The notes: generated by a model from the letters alone, not told the origin. A stretch of DNA of 32,000 nucleotides from Pseudomonadota bacterium (GCA_039191645.1 JBCCXO010000007.1:19255-51254); one strand, 5' to 3'. Numbered from the stretch's first letter, positions 1 through 9,463 are shown. Numbers and translations: made by a program.

Positions 1-769
1 AATCGTGGGAAACATAGACGTAGCACAGGTCGTGCTCTACGCATTCTGGATCTTTTTTGCAGGTCTGATCTGGTATTTACAGTCAGAGAGCCGCCGCGAG
101 GGGTATCCGCTGGAAAGTGACCTTGAAGGTAAATACAATCACGATCCGTGGATCCAACTACCAAGCCCGAAAACCTTTAAGCTCCCGCACGGACGAGGAG
201 AGCGTACCTACCCCAACCCGGAAAACCGCGACACTCGAAAAGTAAAAGCCGAAAGAGCGAGCCCATATCCCGGCTCCCCTCTCATCCCAACCGGTAACCC
301 GCTTGTTGACGGCGTTGGACCTGCTGCATGGGCTGAACGTCCGGACTACCCGGACCTTGATCCACATGGACATCCGGCGATCCAACCCATGAGCGTTGCT
401 ACCCAGTACAAAGTAGCTGCGCAAGATATCGATCCGATTGGCTTGGAGGTTCGTGCAGCAGATGGCGAAATAGCTGGGGTCGTTTCAGACATCTGGGTGG
501 ATACAATGGAATCGCTCATCCGCTATTATCAGGTCAAAGACGGCAAACGAGAATTCTTGGTACCGATGCACTTTGCCTTACTAAGAGAAAAACTGCGCGG
601 CAGGGACAAGGAACTTTATGTTCACGCGCTGGTCTCCGGGCAGTTCGATAAAATTCCGAAAACGGCATCAAAAAAGCAAATCACCATGCTGGAAGAGGAA
701 AAAATCCAAGCCTACTTCGGTGGTGGATGCCTGTATGCAACACCGGAACGTCAGGAGCCCTTACTGTGA
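1..769 (+). CDS. puhA: Photosynthetic reaction centre H subunit (PuhA); 5' end at or just beyond the window edge
   Basis: ORF 5..769 starts at GTG and the frame stays open back to position 2. It has an N-terminal TM helix and the conserved motif FWIFFAGLIWYLQSESRREGYPLE typical of RC-H. puhB and puhC follow. Confidence 0.9.
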   Translation, partial: IVGNIDVAQVVLYAFWIFFAGLIWYLQSESRREGYPLESDLEGKYNHDPWIQLPSPKTFKLPHGRGERTYPNPENRDTRKVKAERASPYPGSPLIPTGNPLVDGVGPAAWAERPDYPDLDPHGHPAIQPMSVATQYKVAAQDIDPIGLEVRAADGEIAGVVSDIWVDTMESLIRYYQVKDGKREFLVPMHFALLREKLRGRDKELYVHALVSGQFDKIPKTASKKQITMLEEEKIQAYFGGGCLYATPERQEPLL

Positions 770-1446
770 GTAGCGACGACTTCGAAACTGAACCTATTCC
801 GGGTCTCCCTGCCCATTTGCCTGAAGGCGAGCATATTGTCTGGCAGGGCTACCCGGATGAACGAACTGTTGCCAGGAAGCTCTTACACGAGCGGAAAATC
901 ATGGCTTATTTCGTAGTTTTGATTGCTTGGAAATTTGGTACCGGCTTGTATGACGGCGAGACTGTACTTCAGTCCTTGTACGTCGCTTCAAGCTTGGCCT
1001 TAGGCGCACTGATCGTGTTTACCCTAATTCGTTGGTATGCAAGGGCGATCCGTAAGTCGACCATCTATACCCTGACAAACAAACGGGTGGTGATGCGGTT
1101 TGGCGTTGCTTTACCGGTCACGTTCAACTTTCCCTTCAAGCAGATAACAGAAGCAAATTTCAAGACAATCGCCGATGACAAAGGAACAATCTCGCTTGGA
1201 CTGACTGAACACACAAAGATATCCTGGCTGATCCTTTGGCCACACGTGCGCCCTTGGATGATTTCCCGCCCTCAACCCGCGATGCGAATGGTGCGAAATG
1301 TCGATCAGGTTGCAGCGTTGTTGAGCAAGGAACTCCATGCATTTCATAGTTCGCAAAGTCCAACGGTCCGCGTCATCAAGACTGATCCCGCTCAGCAAGG
1401 GCCTGAACCAACGCCTGCAATCGAATTTGAAAAACAAGGAGCTTAA
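766..1446 (+). CDS. puhB: PuhB, reaction-centre assembly membrane protein
   Basis: GTG at 766 overlaps the puhA stop (GTGA, 766-769). The N-terminus SSDDFETEPIPGLPAHLPEGEHIVWQG matches the PuhB N-terminal pattern. It has hydrophobic helices and sits after puhA. The tracked ATG at 727 would overlap puhA by 43 nt. Confidence 0.8.
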   Translation: MSSDDFETEPIPGLPAHLPEGEHIVWQGYPDERTVARKLLHERKIMAYFVVLIAWKFGTGLYDGETVLQSLYVASSLALGALIVFTLIRWYARAIRKSTIYTLTNKRVVMRFGVALPVTFNFPFKQITEANFKTIADDKGTISLGLTEHTKISWLILWPHVRPWMISRPQPAMRMVRNVDQVAALLSKELHAFHSSQSPTVRVIKTDPAQQGPEPTPAIEFEKQGA

Positions 1447-1448
1447 TC

Positions 1449-1925
1449 GTGAAAGAGCAGTCAACAGCAGAAATTACCGGCATTCACAAATGGCCTCTTT
1501 TGGGCGCCTTTGGGGTGGTGGTTTTTGCTGTTCTGCTAGTGATTGGTTCTGTGGTGAGCGGCGTTGAGCCTGTTGGATTTGCCAGCTCGCCCGTCGTGAC
1601 CGAGCGCAGCCTGCTTTTCCGGGACGGGAAAAATGGAGAGGTCATGGTGTTTGATGCGATAAGCCGTCAACCTCTTGCAAAGTTCGAAAAAGGCGAAGGC
1701 GCATTTGTTCGCATTTCAATGCGTGGCATGGCACGCCAACGCATCAGCCGTGAATTGGATCTTATGTCCCCCTACCGCTTGATAAAAACGGAGAACGGGA
1801 ACCTGTATATCCAAGATCCTCAGAGCAAACAAAAGATCCGGATCAATGCATTTGGCCCAGTGGCCACCAAAAGTTTCAACCAGTTTCTTAACCGTGATTA
1901 TTCTGAAAAGGGAGCCAAAGGATGA
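1449..1925 (+). CDS. puhC: PuhC, RC-LH1 assembly factor (single N-terminal TM)
   Basis: GTG start at 1449 lies 6 nt after a GGAG Shine-Dalgarno. It has one N-terminal TM helix (LLGAFGVVVFAVLLVIGSVV) and the conserved position between puhB and acsF. Confidence 0.75.
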   Translation: MKEQSTAEITGIHKWPLLGAFGVVVFAVLLVIGSVVSGVEPVGFASSPVVTERSLLFRDGKNGEVMVFDAISRQPLAKFEKGEGAFVRISMRGMARQRISRELDLMSPYRLIKTENGNLYIQDPQSKQKIRINAFGPVATKSFNQFLNRDYSEKGAKG

Positions 1926-2224
1926 TCAAAAAACTAATGGGGAGACCCAAAACCTTAGATGTCGACTGTACAGTCGAAATCGTAAACACGTTCGAAAGCC
2001 TGGAAGCACACGTCCGTTTCAATGACGGCACGACTGTATTCCCCGGTGACGAAGTACTTGTACATGGAAAGCCAATAGAAGTGCCCTATGGGGAACATCA
2101 AAGCTTTGAACGCAGGGCAACCATTACCAGAGCTGGACCTGTAGAGCGTCTTTGGACCCGTGCTACAGGCGATTTTGAATTCATGGAACTGTGTGAATTC
2201 AGCTTTTCGGAGGAAAGACTATGA
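1922..2224 (+). CDS. Conserved 100-aa cluster ORF immediately upstream of acsF; candidate BciE-type accessory subunit of the aerobic cyclase (by position only)
   Basis: It is translationally coupled at both ends (ATGA at 1922-1925 and 2221-2224) and looks soluble. In Rhodobacter sphaeroides the small gene directly upstream of acsF (bciE) is required for AcsF activity. The assignment here rests on synteny, not on a recognised motif. Confidence 0.5.
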   Translation: MIKKLMGRPKTLDVDCTVEIVNTFESLEAHVRFNDGTTVFPGDEVLVHGKPIEVPYGEHQSFERRATITRAGPVERLWTRATGDFEFMELCEFSFSEERL

Positions 2225-3315
2225 ACGTACATTCTACAGAAGTTCGCAAATCACGTCCAATTAATCTGGACGCGCAAAATCAGACTACGAAAGCTGCTCA
2301 CGAAACGACGCTTCTAAATCCCAGGTTCTACACCACCGATTTCGATAAGCTGGACAAAACAGATATTTCTTCTGTCCGCGAAGAATGGGATAAATTGATT
2401 GCAGAAATGCGCGATGATCCGAATAAGGGGCATTTCCGTCGCAATGAAGAATGGGATGACGTGGACCTTGATGCTTATCCAGAAGAATTGCGCAAGGAGT
2501 TGGTGGATTTCCTTGTCAGCTCGTTAACCGCAGAATTCTCAGGTTGCGTCTTGTACAAAGAAATGAAACGCCGAGGAACAAATCCGGACATAAAGGAGCT
2601 GTTTTCCTATATGAGCCGCGATGAAGCACGGCATGCCGGTTTTATCAATGACTCACTCAAAGACTTCAACATCGGAGTGAATCTAGGCTTTTTGACAAAG
2701 GCAAAGAAGTACACCTACTTCCAGCCGAAGTTTATTTTCTATGCAACCTACCTGTCTGAGAAAATCGGCTATGCCCGGTACATCACCATTTTCAGACATT
2801 TGCAAAAGCACCCGGAAAACCGGTTCCACCCGATTTTCAAATGGTTCAAGGAGTGGTGCAACGACGAGTTTCGCCATGGCGAAGCCTTCTCGTTACTGAT
2901 GCGAGCAGACCCAAAACTTCTGTCTGGACGTAACATTTACTGGATAAGGTTTTTCTTATGCGCGGTTTACGCAACAATGTATGTGCGGGACCATGACCGT
3001 CCAGAGTTTCACAAGGCGCTCGATATTGACATAGAAGACTACGACTACCGCGTCTTCGCAACGACCAATGAAATCTCAAAGCAGTGTTTTCCAATTGTTT
3101 TGGATATCGACAATCCGTCATTCCGAAAAATAATGAAAAAACTGAACAAGATATCAATGGGCATGAACGATGCGCAAAGACGTGGAGGCATTTGGGGTCG
3201 CATCAAGAAAACGGCTTTGGGCGCTGCAGCTGCCGCACAATTTGTCCGGCTCTATATGGTCCCGGTCAAGAAAAACGTCATTCCGGAAACAAGTCGATTG
3301 CAGCCGGTCTGGTAG
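2221..3315 (+). CDS. acsF: Aerobic Mg-protoporphyrin IX monomethyl ester oxidative cyclase (AcsF)
   Basis: N-terminal [15 protein letters not shown] motif. Di-iron ligand motifs are present: [18 protein letters not shown] and [10 protein letters not shown]. 364 aa. Confidence 0.95.
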   Translation: MNVHSTEVRKSRPINLDAQNQTTKAAHETTLLNPRFYTTDFDKLDKTDISSVREEWDKLIAEMRDDPNKGHFRRNEEWDDVDLDAYPEELRKELVDFLVSSLTAEFSGCVLYKEMKRRGTNPDIKELFSYMSRDEARHAGFINDSLKDFNIGVNLGFLTKAKKYTYFQPKFIFYATYLSEKIGYARYITIFRHLQKHPENRFHPIFKWFKEWCNDEFRHGEAFSLLMRADPKLLSGRNIYWIRFFLCAVYATMYVRDHDRPEFHKALDIDIEDYDYRVFATTNEISKQCFPIVLDIDNPSFRKIMKKLNKISMGMNDAQRRGGIWGRIKKTALGAAAAAQFVRLYMVPVKKNVIPETSRLQPVW

Positions 3316-3328
3316 AAAGGAAAAGTAC

Positions 3329-4144
3329 GTGTCATCAATGCTCGCACCTGTCCTGTTTGTTATCTTTATTTGGTGGGCCTCAACCGGCGCTGTGTTATGG
3401 CTAGCGCAGGCGCTCGACAAACAGATGCATTCCAGGCTTTTGTTGATGACCTTTTTCTGCGCACTGGGTTTTGCTGGCTTGATTATAGCAAGTTCGCATG
3501 CCACCGTTTGGTCGGTTTACTTGGCCTTTGCGTCTGCAATCCTGATATGGGGCTGGATAGAGTTTACCTTGCTCTCAGGCCTCATTACAGGCAGCGAAGT
3601 CAAACCTTGCCCACCAAACATCAGCGAGACCCGGCGTTTCTGGTTAGCGTTTAAAACCATTTGCTACCATGAATACGTCCTACTGGCGGCAATGTGCGTC
3701 CTTGCCGTCATCGATTCAACGGCCGGAAGCGGCATGACCATTAAGACGTTTGCGTTGCTTTGGTTCATGAGGCTGGGCGCAAAGCTCACCATCTTTTCGG
3801 GAGTACCAAAACTTTCGACCAACATGATGCCAGATCGTCTTGCCTACATGAAAACCTACTTCCGGGAAGATCGTATTGGCATCGGGTTTTGGGTTTCAGT
3901 CTCGTGTTCAAGCGTGTTCCTCATGGCAGGGCTCTACGCGCTTATGACAATGGACTATTCTACAGTGGCACAGACGCAGATCATAATGCTGATTACACTG
4001 GTCAGCCTGGCCCTGCTTGAGCACGCGTTTATGATCTTACCTTTTTCAGACAGCAAACTTTGGCGGTGGGCTATGCCGAAAGAGAAAACCAACTTGGACG
4101 ACACTTATCAAGATAAAGACCAATTAACCGCCGGCCAGAATTAA
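3329..4144 (+). CDS. puhE: PuhE, polytopic membrane protein of the puh operon
   Basis: Multi-TM, Trp-rich protein following acsF, as in other clusters. GTG at 3329 lies 7 nt after AGGA (3318-3321). ATG at 3338 is an alternative start. The tracked start at 3170 overlaps acsF and is rejected. Confidence 0.8.
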   Translation: MSSMLAPVLFVIFIWWASTGAVLWLAQALDKQMHSRLLLMTFFCALGFAGLIIASSHATVWSVYLAFASAILIWGWIEFTLLSGLITGSEVKPCPPNISETRRFWLAFKTICYHEYVLLAAMCVLAVIDSTAGSGMTIKTFALLWFMRLGAKLTIFSGVPKLSTNMMPDRLAYMKTYFREDRIGIGFWVSVSCSSVFLMAGLYALMTMDYSTVAQTQIIMLITLVSLALLEHAFMILPFSDSKLWRWAMPKEKTNLDDTYQDKDQLTAGQN

Positions 4145-4161
4145 TGCATAGGGAGCATGTT

Positions 4162-5376
4162 ATGGATTTTGAGAAACACTTCGAAGAGCAGCTGGGTACG
4201 CTGAAAGAGGCCGGCAATTATCGGGTCTTTGCTGATCTGGAACGCAAATGTGGACAGTTCCCCAAAGCAAATCGTTATGGAGACGAAAACGTTGCCGAGG
4301 TAACCGTCTGGTGCTCTAATGACTATCTGGGCATGGGTCAAAATCCGATAACAATGGAAGCGATGAAATCGGCTATCGATAAATGTGGAGCCGGTGCAGG
4401 TGGTACACGAAATATTTCCGGCACAAACCACTATCACATTTTACTCGAACGCGAACTTGCTGATCTACACAATAAGGAAGCTGCACTTCTGTTGACATCA
4501 GGTTACGTAGCAAACTGGGCAGCGCTAAGCACCTTGGGTTCCCGGTTGCCGAATGCGGTGATCCTGTCTGATGCAGACAACCACGCTTCCATGATTGAAG
4601 GCATTCGGCACAGTCGCTCTGCAAAGGCAATCTGGAAACACAATGATGTCGAAGACTTGGCGAAGAAACTTGCAGACACCGATCCTGACGCTGCCAAAAT
4701 TGTGGCATTCGAGTCTGTATACTCAATGGATGGGGACATTGCTCCGATTGCAGAGATTTGCGACGTGGCCGAACAATTCGGAGCCATGACATATCTCGAC
4801 GAAGTTCATGCCGTAGGACTTTATGGACCGCGGGGTGGCGGAGTGGCTGAACGCGAAGGATTGATGGATCGATTGACTGTCATTCAGGGAACGCTTGGCA
4901 AGGCATATGGCGTCATGGGCGGTTATATCACTGGGTCAACCAATCTGATTGATTTTGTTCGGTCATTTGCCTCTGGGTTTATTTTCTCAACGGCATTACC
5001 GCCGGCATTGGCAGCAGGTGCAGCAGCCTCGATCAAACATCTCAAAACCAGCGAAATCGAACGCCAGAAACAACGACGCAATGTCCGCATCTTGCGCGAG
5101 AAATTGGATGCCGTTGGCGTCCCGCACATGCACAATTCAAGCCACATTGTTCCGGTCATGGTCAAAGATGCTAAAAAGTGCAAATACCTGTCAGACTTGC
5201 TACTGGATCAGTTCGGAATATATGTTCAGCCAATCAACTACCCAACCGTTCCGGTGGGTACGGAACGCCTGCGTATTACCCCCTCCCCCGTCCACTCGGA
5301 AGAGGATATAGATTATCTGGTAAATGCGCTGTCAGAACTGTGGTCACAATGCGCCTTGGCGAGAGCTGCAGCTTAG
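4162..5376 (+). CDS. hemA: 5-aminolevulinate synthase
   Basis: Motifs [29 protein letters not shown] and ESVYSMDGD, and the PLP-lysine context [14 protein letters not shown] Shine-Dalgarno lies 6 nt before the ATG at 4162. The tracked ATG at 4144 adds 6 aa. Confidence 0.93.
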   Translation: MDFEKHFEEQLGTLKEAGNYRVFADLERKCGQFPKANRYGDENVAEVTVWCSNDYLGMGQNPITMEAMKSAIDKCGAGAGGTRNISGTNHYHILLERELADLHNKEAALLLTSGYVANWAALSTLGSRLPNAVILSDADNHASMIEGIRHSRSAKAIWKHNDVEDLAKKLADTDPDAAKIVAFESVYSMDGDIAPIAEICDVAEQFGAMTYLDEVHAVGLYGPRGGGVAEREGLMDRLTVIQGTLGKAYGVMGGYITGSTNLIDFVRSFASGFIFSTALPPALAAGAAASIKHLKTSEIERQKQRRNVRILREKLDAVGVPHMHNSSHIVPVMVKDAKKCKYLSDLLLDQFGIYVQPINYPTVPVGTERLRITPSPVHSEEDIDYLVNALSELWSQCALARAAA

Positions 5377-5390
5377 ATCGAAGGACTGTT

Positions 5391-5996
5391 ATGCTGGACG
5401 AAATTCTGTATCTGACCCCTGACGCTGAAGAGGCCCAAAGGGAATGCCTGGAACCCTCCATTGAGATACCAGCTTCAGACCCGCCTATTATGATCCCCGG
5501 CATTGCCCCGGATGGCAGTCTCTATCCCATAGAGAAAATAAAGGCGCATCTGGAAGGGGTGCACCATCTTGCTTTGTCGGTCTTTGTCTTTGATGGCGAT
5601 GAACTGTTAATTCAACAACGTGCCCTGGGGAAATATCATTGCGGTGGACAATGGGCAAATACATGCTGCACGCATCCTCTCATGAATGAAGATCCGAAAG
5701 CAGCAGCCATGCGCCGTCTTACAGAGGAACTGGGTTTCTCACTGCCGCTTGAGGAAAAACGCATTGTCGAATACTCAGCAGACGTGGGCAATGGTCTTTG
5801 GGAACGTGAACGGGTCCACATGTTTCGAGCAGATGTTAGTAAATCCGATCTCGAGATAAATCCAAACCCCGAAGAAGTGCGCGCAACCCGCTGGATTACT
5901 GCAAAGACCCTACAGCAGGAACTAATGGAAAAACCGGAAGATTACACCCCGTGGTTTCGCATCTACATGACCCGGTTTCCTGGATTCGAGTTCTAG
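5391..5996 (+). CDS. idi: Isopentenyl-diphosphate delta-isomerase, type 1 (Nudix family)
   Basis: Motifs HLALSVFVFDGDELLIQQRALGKYHCGGQWANTCCTHP and ERERVHMF. AGGA Shine-Dalgarno lies 5 nt before the ATG at 5391. ATG at 5490 (MIPGIAPDGSLYPIEKIKAH) is an alternative start that matches my recollection of the Rhodobacter Idi N-terminus. Confidence 0.88.
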   Translation: MLDEILYLTPDAEEAQRECLEPSIEIPASDPPIMIPGIAPDGSLYPIEKIKAHLEGVHHLALSVFVFDGDELLIQQRALGKYHCGGQWANTCCTHPLMNEDPKAAAMRRLTEELGFSLPLEEKRIVEYSADVGNGLWERERVHMFRADVSKSDLEINPNPEEVRATRWITAKTLQQELMEKPEDYTPWFRIYMTRFPGFEF

Positions 5997-6005
5997 GATC
6001 AATTC

Positions 6006-6614
6006 CTAAAATTTGCCCAAAACGAGCTTCTTCATCCCAAACGAATTTGGCAGAAGTTGCGGAACATTTTGCTGATACATCCGATATTCCTCGCCAAATC
6101 TTTCCAACAGATCCTTTTCTTCTATCTGAACAATGACCCACATACCGACAAACGAGATCAGGCCCATCCAATAAGCACCAGAATAATTGCTCATCAAGCA
6201 CCAACCTATGATACCAACAAGCACCATCAGATAACGTGGATGCCGTACCAATGAAAACGGACCTGTTGTGATCAAAGCGATCGGTTGATTTGTGACTTCC
6301 GGTATTCCCGCAAAAGTCTTAAAATCCAGATGCTGTTTGATGGGTTTCCATAAACGCCACGACATCAAATAGATCAGGCAACCCGCAATAAAGAGCGGCC
6401 AGAACAACCCAAGGTCGGTGCCAATCAAGGTGGCTCGCAGTTTGATTGAAACCGCTACAACAATCACAATGAACGTTCCAGCGACCCAATAGGCACGCAT
6501 GATGGGGCGCTTGCGCCAATACCTGGCACCCAAATGAATCACCAACCAGAAGGTGATGACAACCGGCATGATCACAATCAAAATCAGTGCCAGACTGTAC
6601 CTGAATTCGTCCAT
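6006..6614 (-). CDS. Polytopic membrane methyltransferase of the isoprenylcysteine carboxyl / phospholipid methyltransferase (ICMT/PEMT-like) family
   Basis: 202 aa with about 5 TM helices. The C-terminal signature is GPFSLVRHPRYLMVL...QIEEKDLLERFGEEYRMYQQNVP (RHPxY ... EE..L...FG..Y..Y). Confidence 0.7.
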   Translation of the reverse strand: MDEFRYSLALILIVIMPVVITFWLVIHLGARYWRKRPIMRAYWVAGTFIVIVVAVSIKLRATLIGTDLGLFWPLFIAGCLIYLMSWRLWKPIKQHLDFKTFAGIPEVTNQPIALITTGPFSLVRHPRYLMVLVGIIGWCLMSNYSGAYWMGLISFVGMWVIVQIEEKDLLERFGEEYRMYQQNVPQLLPNSFGMKKLVLGKF

Positions 6615-6690
6615 ATCGCCTTTACTCTAAATCTGTCTGATGGTACATTTTTGCAATCAAAAATTCAATCGATTCAGATATTTACGTCTA

Positions 6691-7023
6691 ATGCCGGATC
6701 CTACTATTCAGCAAGTTATAGATGGAATGCCATCCCGATATAACCCCAGTGCTATCAAAGGTCTGAAAGCTGTATTGCAGTTCATTTTAAGTGGTGATGA
6801 CCCGGTAAAATTTCATGCCATCATCGATAATGAAGAATGCAAAACAGCAGATGGTGTGCATGATAATCCCACGCTAACCCTCAAAATGTCCTCCAATACC
6901 TATCTGGATTTAGTGATGGGTAGACTTACGGGCCAACAAGCATTTTTCCTGCGCAAAATGCATATGGAGGGCTCCATGTCATTGGCAACCAAACTCCATA
7001 ATGTCTTCATCGCACTAAAATAG
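6691..7023 (+). CDS. SCP2 (sterol carrier protein 2-like) lipid-binding domain protein
   Basis: 110 aa. Its layout is LKAVLQFILSGDDPVKFHAIIDNEECKTADGVHDNPTLTLKMSSNTYLDLVMGRLTGQQAFFLRKMHMEGSMSLATKL, which is the typical SCP2 pattern. The tracked ATG at 6640 would leave only 25 bp of divergent intergenic space, so ATG at 6691 is preferred. No obvious Shine-Dalgarno. Confidence 0.7.
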   Translation: MPDPTIQQVIDGMPSRYNPSAIKGLKAVLQFILSGDDPVKFHAIIDNEECKTADGVHDNPTLTLKMSSNTYLDLVMGRLTGQQAFFLRKMHMEGSMSLATKLHNVFIALK

Positions 7024-7042
7024 AGCGCTCTTTCAAAAAAAA

Positions 7043-7070
7043 GGGCATCGCGAAGATGCCCTCTTTTGTT
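7043..7070. terminator. Bidirectional rho-independent terminator shared by the SCP2 gene (+) and pufM (-)
   Basis: The stem GGGCATC (7043-7049) pairs with GATGCCC (7055-7061) around the loop GCGAA. It is flanked by an A8 run (7035-7042) upstream and TCTTTTGTT (7062-7070) downstream. Confidence 0.8.
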
Positions 7071-7090
7071 GCCTCATTTTTTACATCCAT

Positions 7091-8035
7091 CTAACGGATA
7101 TTCGTACCGCTTTCATGCAACACACCATGTTTGATAGCCCATGCAGACCAGTCATCGACAACGGTGCCGGTCAGAAGGATGCCAATGCCGCCCGTCAAAG
7201 TGGTCAACATGGCAAACCACCAGGCCCAACGGTGGATAGATTCCATGGTCGCATTAAAGCCCATGGTCCAACGCCAGAATAAGGCTGCCCGTTCTGAAGC
7301 CGTACCGCGGTTCGTAATCTGTTCAATTTCGCGGTCACCACCATAGCGACTGACGGCCAAAATCGTGGCACCATGCATTGCAAACAGCAGTGCCGAACCA
7401 TAAAGGAAAACGATCGAAAGAGCATGGAACGGATTGTAGAACAAGTTTCCATAAATCAGTGAGAAATTGTTGGTCCAATCAAGGTGCGAGAAAATCCCAT
7501 ATGGAACCGCATGGGACCAACTCCCCATCAACAGCGGTCTGATAAATCCCAGTACAAGGAACAGAAAGATTGCAGACGCAAATGCGATGGGAACATGCAT
7601 ACCAAGACCCAATGACTTAGCCCTGCGATATGTCCTCAACCACCAGGTCAAGACGCTGACTGTAATGAAAAACCCGGCAATCATAAACCATCCGCCCTCG
7701 TTCAAAGGGGGCAGCACCTTCAAACCATACTTTTCAGGTGGCGGGTCAAGGGAAAGCCAGAACAACTGACGCACAAACTGGACCGGATCCCAATCAACCT
7801 GGGCCCAAAAGTTCAACCCAATGATGTTAAACCCAATGAGGAAAGTAACAATCGAAATTAACCCAAGCGTTCCAAGGTAAAAGGGGCCGATCTGCGCATT
7901 GCCAAACTTACCAATCCAATAGTTCAGCGAGCCTTTGCCCAGCCTCTTTTCGTCGCCTCGTGGGAGTGGAATTCCCTCGGAGACTGGACCTTGAACCTGT
8001 ATGGCGGTGAAGATGTTTTGGTATTCTTTTAGCAT
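7091..8035 (-). CDS. pufM: Photosynthetic reaction centre M subunit
   Basis: The N-terminus [17 protein letters not shown], the stretch [38 protein letters not shown] and the C-terminal WAIKHG are typical of RC-M. At 314 aa it has no long C-terminal tail. Confidence 0.96.
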   Translation of the reverse strand: MLKEYQNIFTAIQVQGPVSEGIPLPRGDEKRLGKGSLNYWIGKFGNAQIGPFYLGTLGLISIVTFLIGFNIIGLNFWAQVDWDPVQFVRQLFWLSLDPPPEKYGLKVLPPLNEGGWFMIAGFFITVSVLTWWLRTYRRAKSLGLGMHVPIAFASAIFLFLVLGFIRPLLMGSWSHAVPYGIFSHLDWTNNFSLIYGNLFYNPFHALSIVFLYGSALLFAMHGATILAVSRYGGDREIEQITNRGTASERAALFWRWTMGFNATMESIHRWAWWFAMLTTLTGGIGILLTGTVVDDWSAWAIKHGVLHESGTNIR

Positions 8036-8046
8036 TTCATCTCCTC

Positions 8047-8940
8047 CTATTCGTCGAGATATGGCAGATCGCCGATTTCACGGACCAAATCTTCCTGCGG
8101 GAAGACCGGCAGTTCGAGCCACCAAGTCCACCATTCAGACCACGCATCTTCCCAAAGTGGACCAGATATGATGATACAAATCGCACTCCAAAAACCCGCA
8201 TTAAGTGCCAGGAAAAGTCCCAGGCGGTGGATACCCAAAGTGCCCACTGAATACCCAATAAAATCGCGGAAGTAGGTATCTTCGTGTTCCGGCGTTTTAA
8301 CCTCCTGGCCCTTTCCGGGATTAGTCGAGGAAAGGATCAGACCGCCATGCAATGCCAATGCCAACGTGGTTGTAAAGAAGAACGTGATGGCGATCATGTG
8401 CGCCGGGTTGTAGTGAAAATTACCGTATGTGTAGCCAACATTATTCACCCATTCCAAGTGCGAATAAATGCCATAGGGGAAGCCGTGCGACCAACCCGAT
8501 TCTCCACCCTCCACGATATACATCGCTATGGGTCGGAAAATGTTGAGGGTAACAAAAGCGAAAATAGCGACACTAAAGGCAAAAGGCACATGGTACCCCA
8601 TGCCAAGTTTTCGACAAATCTCCACTTCCCTGAGAGCCCAACTTATAAAGGCCCCCGTCGCGCAGAAAGTTATGATCTGCCAAAGCCCACCTGCCTCCAT
8701 CGGCGCAAGACCTAGACCGTATTCAGCCTCCGGCGGGCTAATATTGATTTGCCAGACATTCCACGTAGGCCCCAGGGCTGCACCATAAATGATCAGAGCG
8801 GTGCCAAGGGTTGCAAAGAAAATGGTCGTGACCCCAAAGAAACCGACGTAAAATGGGCCTGCCCAAAAATCGAACAGATCACCCCCAAGCAATGTGCCTC
8901 CGCGGACACGGTATTTTCGTTCGAAACTTAATAAGGCCAT
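8047..8940 (-). CDS. pufL: Photosynthetic reaction centre L subunit
   Basis: [36 protein letters not shown] and [32 protein letters not shown] Shine-Dalgarno precedes the ATG. 297 aa. Confidence 0.96.
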   Translation of the reverse strand: MALLSFERKYRVRGGTLLGGDLFDFWAGPFYVGFFGVTTIFFATLGTALIIYGAALGPTWNVWQINISPPEAEYGLGLAPMEAGGLWQIITFCATGAFISWALREVEICRKLGMGYHVPFAFSVAIFAFVTLNIFRPIAMYIVEGGESGWSHGFPYGIYSHLEWVNNVGYTYGNFHYNPAHMIAITFFFTTTLALALHGGLILSSTNPGKGQEVKTPEHEDTYFRDFIGYSVGTLGIHRLGLFLALNAGFWSAICIIISGPLWEDAWSEWWTWWLELPVFPQEDLVREIGDLPYLDE

Positions 8941-8974
8941 GGGCCAATCTCCAAAATATCAAAAACTGTTTTTT

Positions 8975-9000
8975 CGGCAGGCAAGTTGCCCTGCCTGCCG
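8975..9000 (-). promoter_or_regulatory. GC-rich intercistronic hairpin between pufA and pufL (candidate mRNA-stability element)
   Basis: CGGCAGGCA (8975-8983) pairs with TGCCTGCCG (8992-9000), giving a 9-bp stem and an 8-nt loop. No U-tract follows in the mRNA sense. The position matches the Rhodobacter pufA-pufL decay-barrier hairpins. Confidence 0.6.
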
Positions 9001-9016
9001 ATATGACTGGATCGCA

Positions 9017-9199
9017 TCAGGATATGAGACGTTCAATCGAAGCTTCGTCATTAAGTGACGAGATTTGATTGGTATCCAACCAGTTGTACCTGTCAGTGCT
9101 GAGCAGAATGAAATGAATCAAAACTGCAAGCGTAAACAGGAATACAGCGAGTGCCACCAGTACGCGGCGCGGGTCGAAAAAGAGCCAGATTTTATACAT
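9017..9199 (-). CDS. pufA: Light-harvesting 1 alpha polypeptide
   Basis: [41 protein letters not shown] carries the conserved BChl-ligand His and the YNWL motif. GGAGA Shine-Dalgarno. 60 aa. Confidence 0.93.
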   Translation of the reverse strand: MYKIWLFFDPRRVLVALAVFLFTLAVLIHFILLSTDRYNWLDTNQISSLNDEASIERLIS

Positions 9200-9212
9200 G
9201 GTTCAAATCTCC

Positions 9213-9428
9213 CTACCCTATGAATGGAAGTCTTAGGAGCGGATCAACTAAGCTTGAAACACTCTGACCACCATCGTAGTACAGCCACGGACGCCATAGA
9301 TGCACAAGAACATGCGCAGCAAAGGCCCATCCAGTGAAGAGAATAGTACTCTTCATGAATATCCGATGGAACTCACGGGCTTCAGCACTGGATAATCCAG
9401 TCATGGAGCCCCCTTCTTGACTAGCCAT
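9213..9428 (-). CDS. pufB: Light-harvesting 1 beta polypeptide with an unusually long C-terminus
   Basis: Core TGLSSAEAREFHRIFMKSTILFTGWAFAAHVLVHLWRPW is typical of LH1 beta. GGAGG Shine-Dalgarno lies 7 nt before the ATG at 9428. The ORF continues in frame for 23 more residues to a TAG at 9213-9215. Confidence 0.9.
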   Translation of the reverse strand: MASQEGGSMTGLSSAEAREFHRIFMKSTILFTGWAFAAHVLVHLWRPWLYYDGGQSVSSLVDPLLRLPFIG

Positions 9429-9463
9429 AAATTAACCTCCTAGCCGTGCTTGCCTTTCGGCGA

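Noticed and set aside
6615-6690. Possible regulator sites in the methyltransferase/SCP2 divergent region: TGT-N8-ACA at 6635-6648, the AATCGATT palindrome, and an FNR-like TTGCAATCAA.
   Set aside because: None matches the spacing of the PpsR (N12) or FNR (TTGAT-N4-ATCAA) consensus. They are too short to distinguish from chance.
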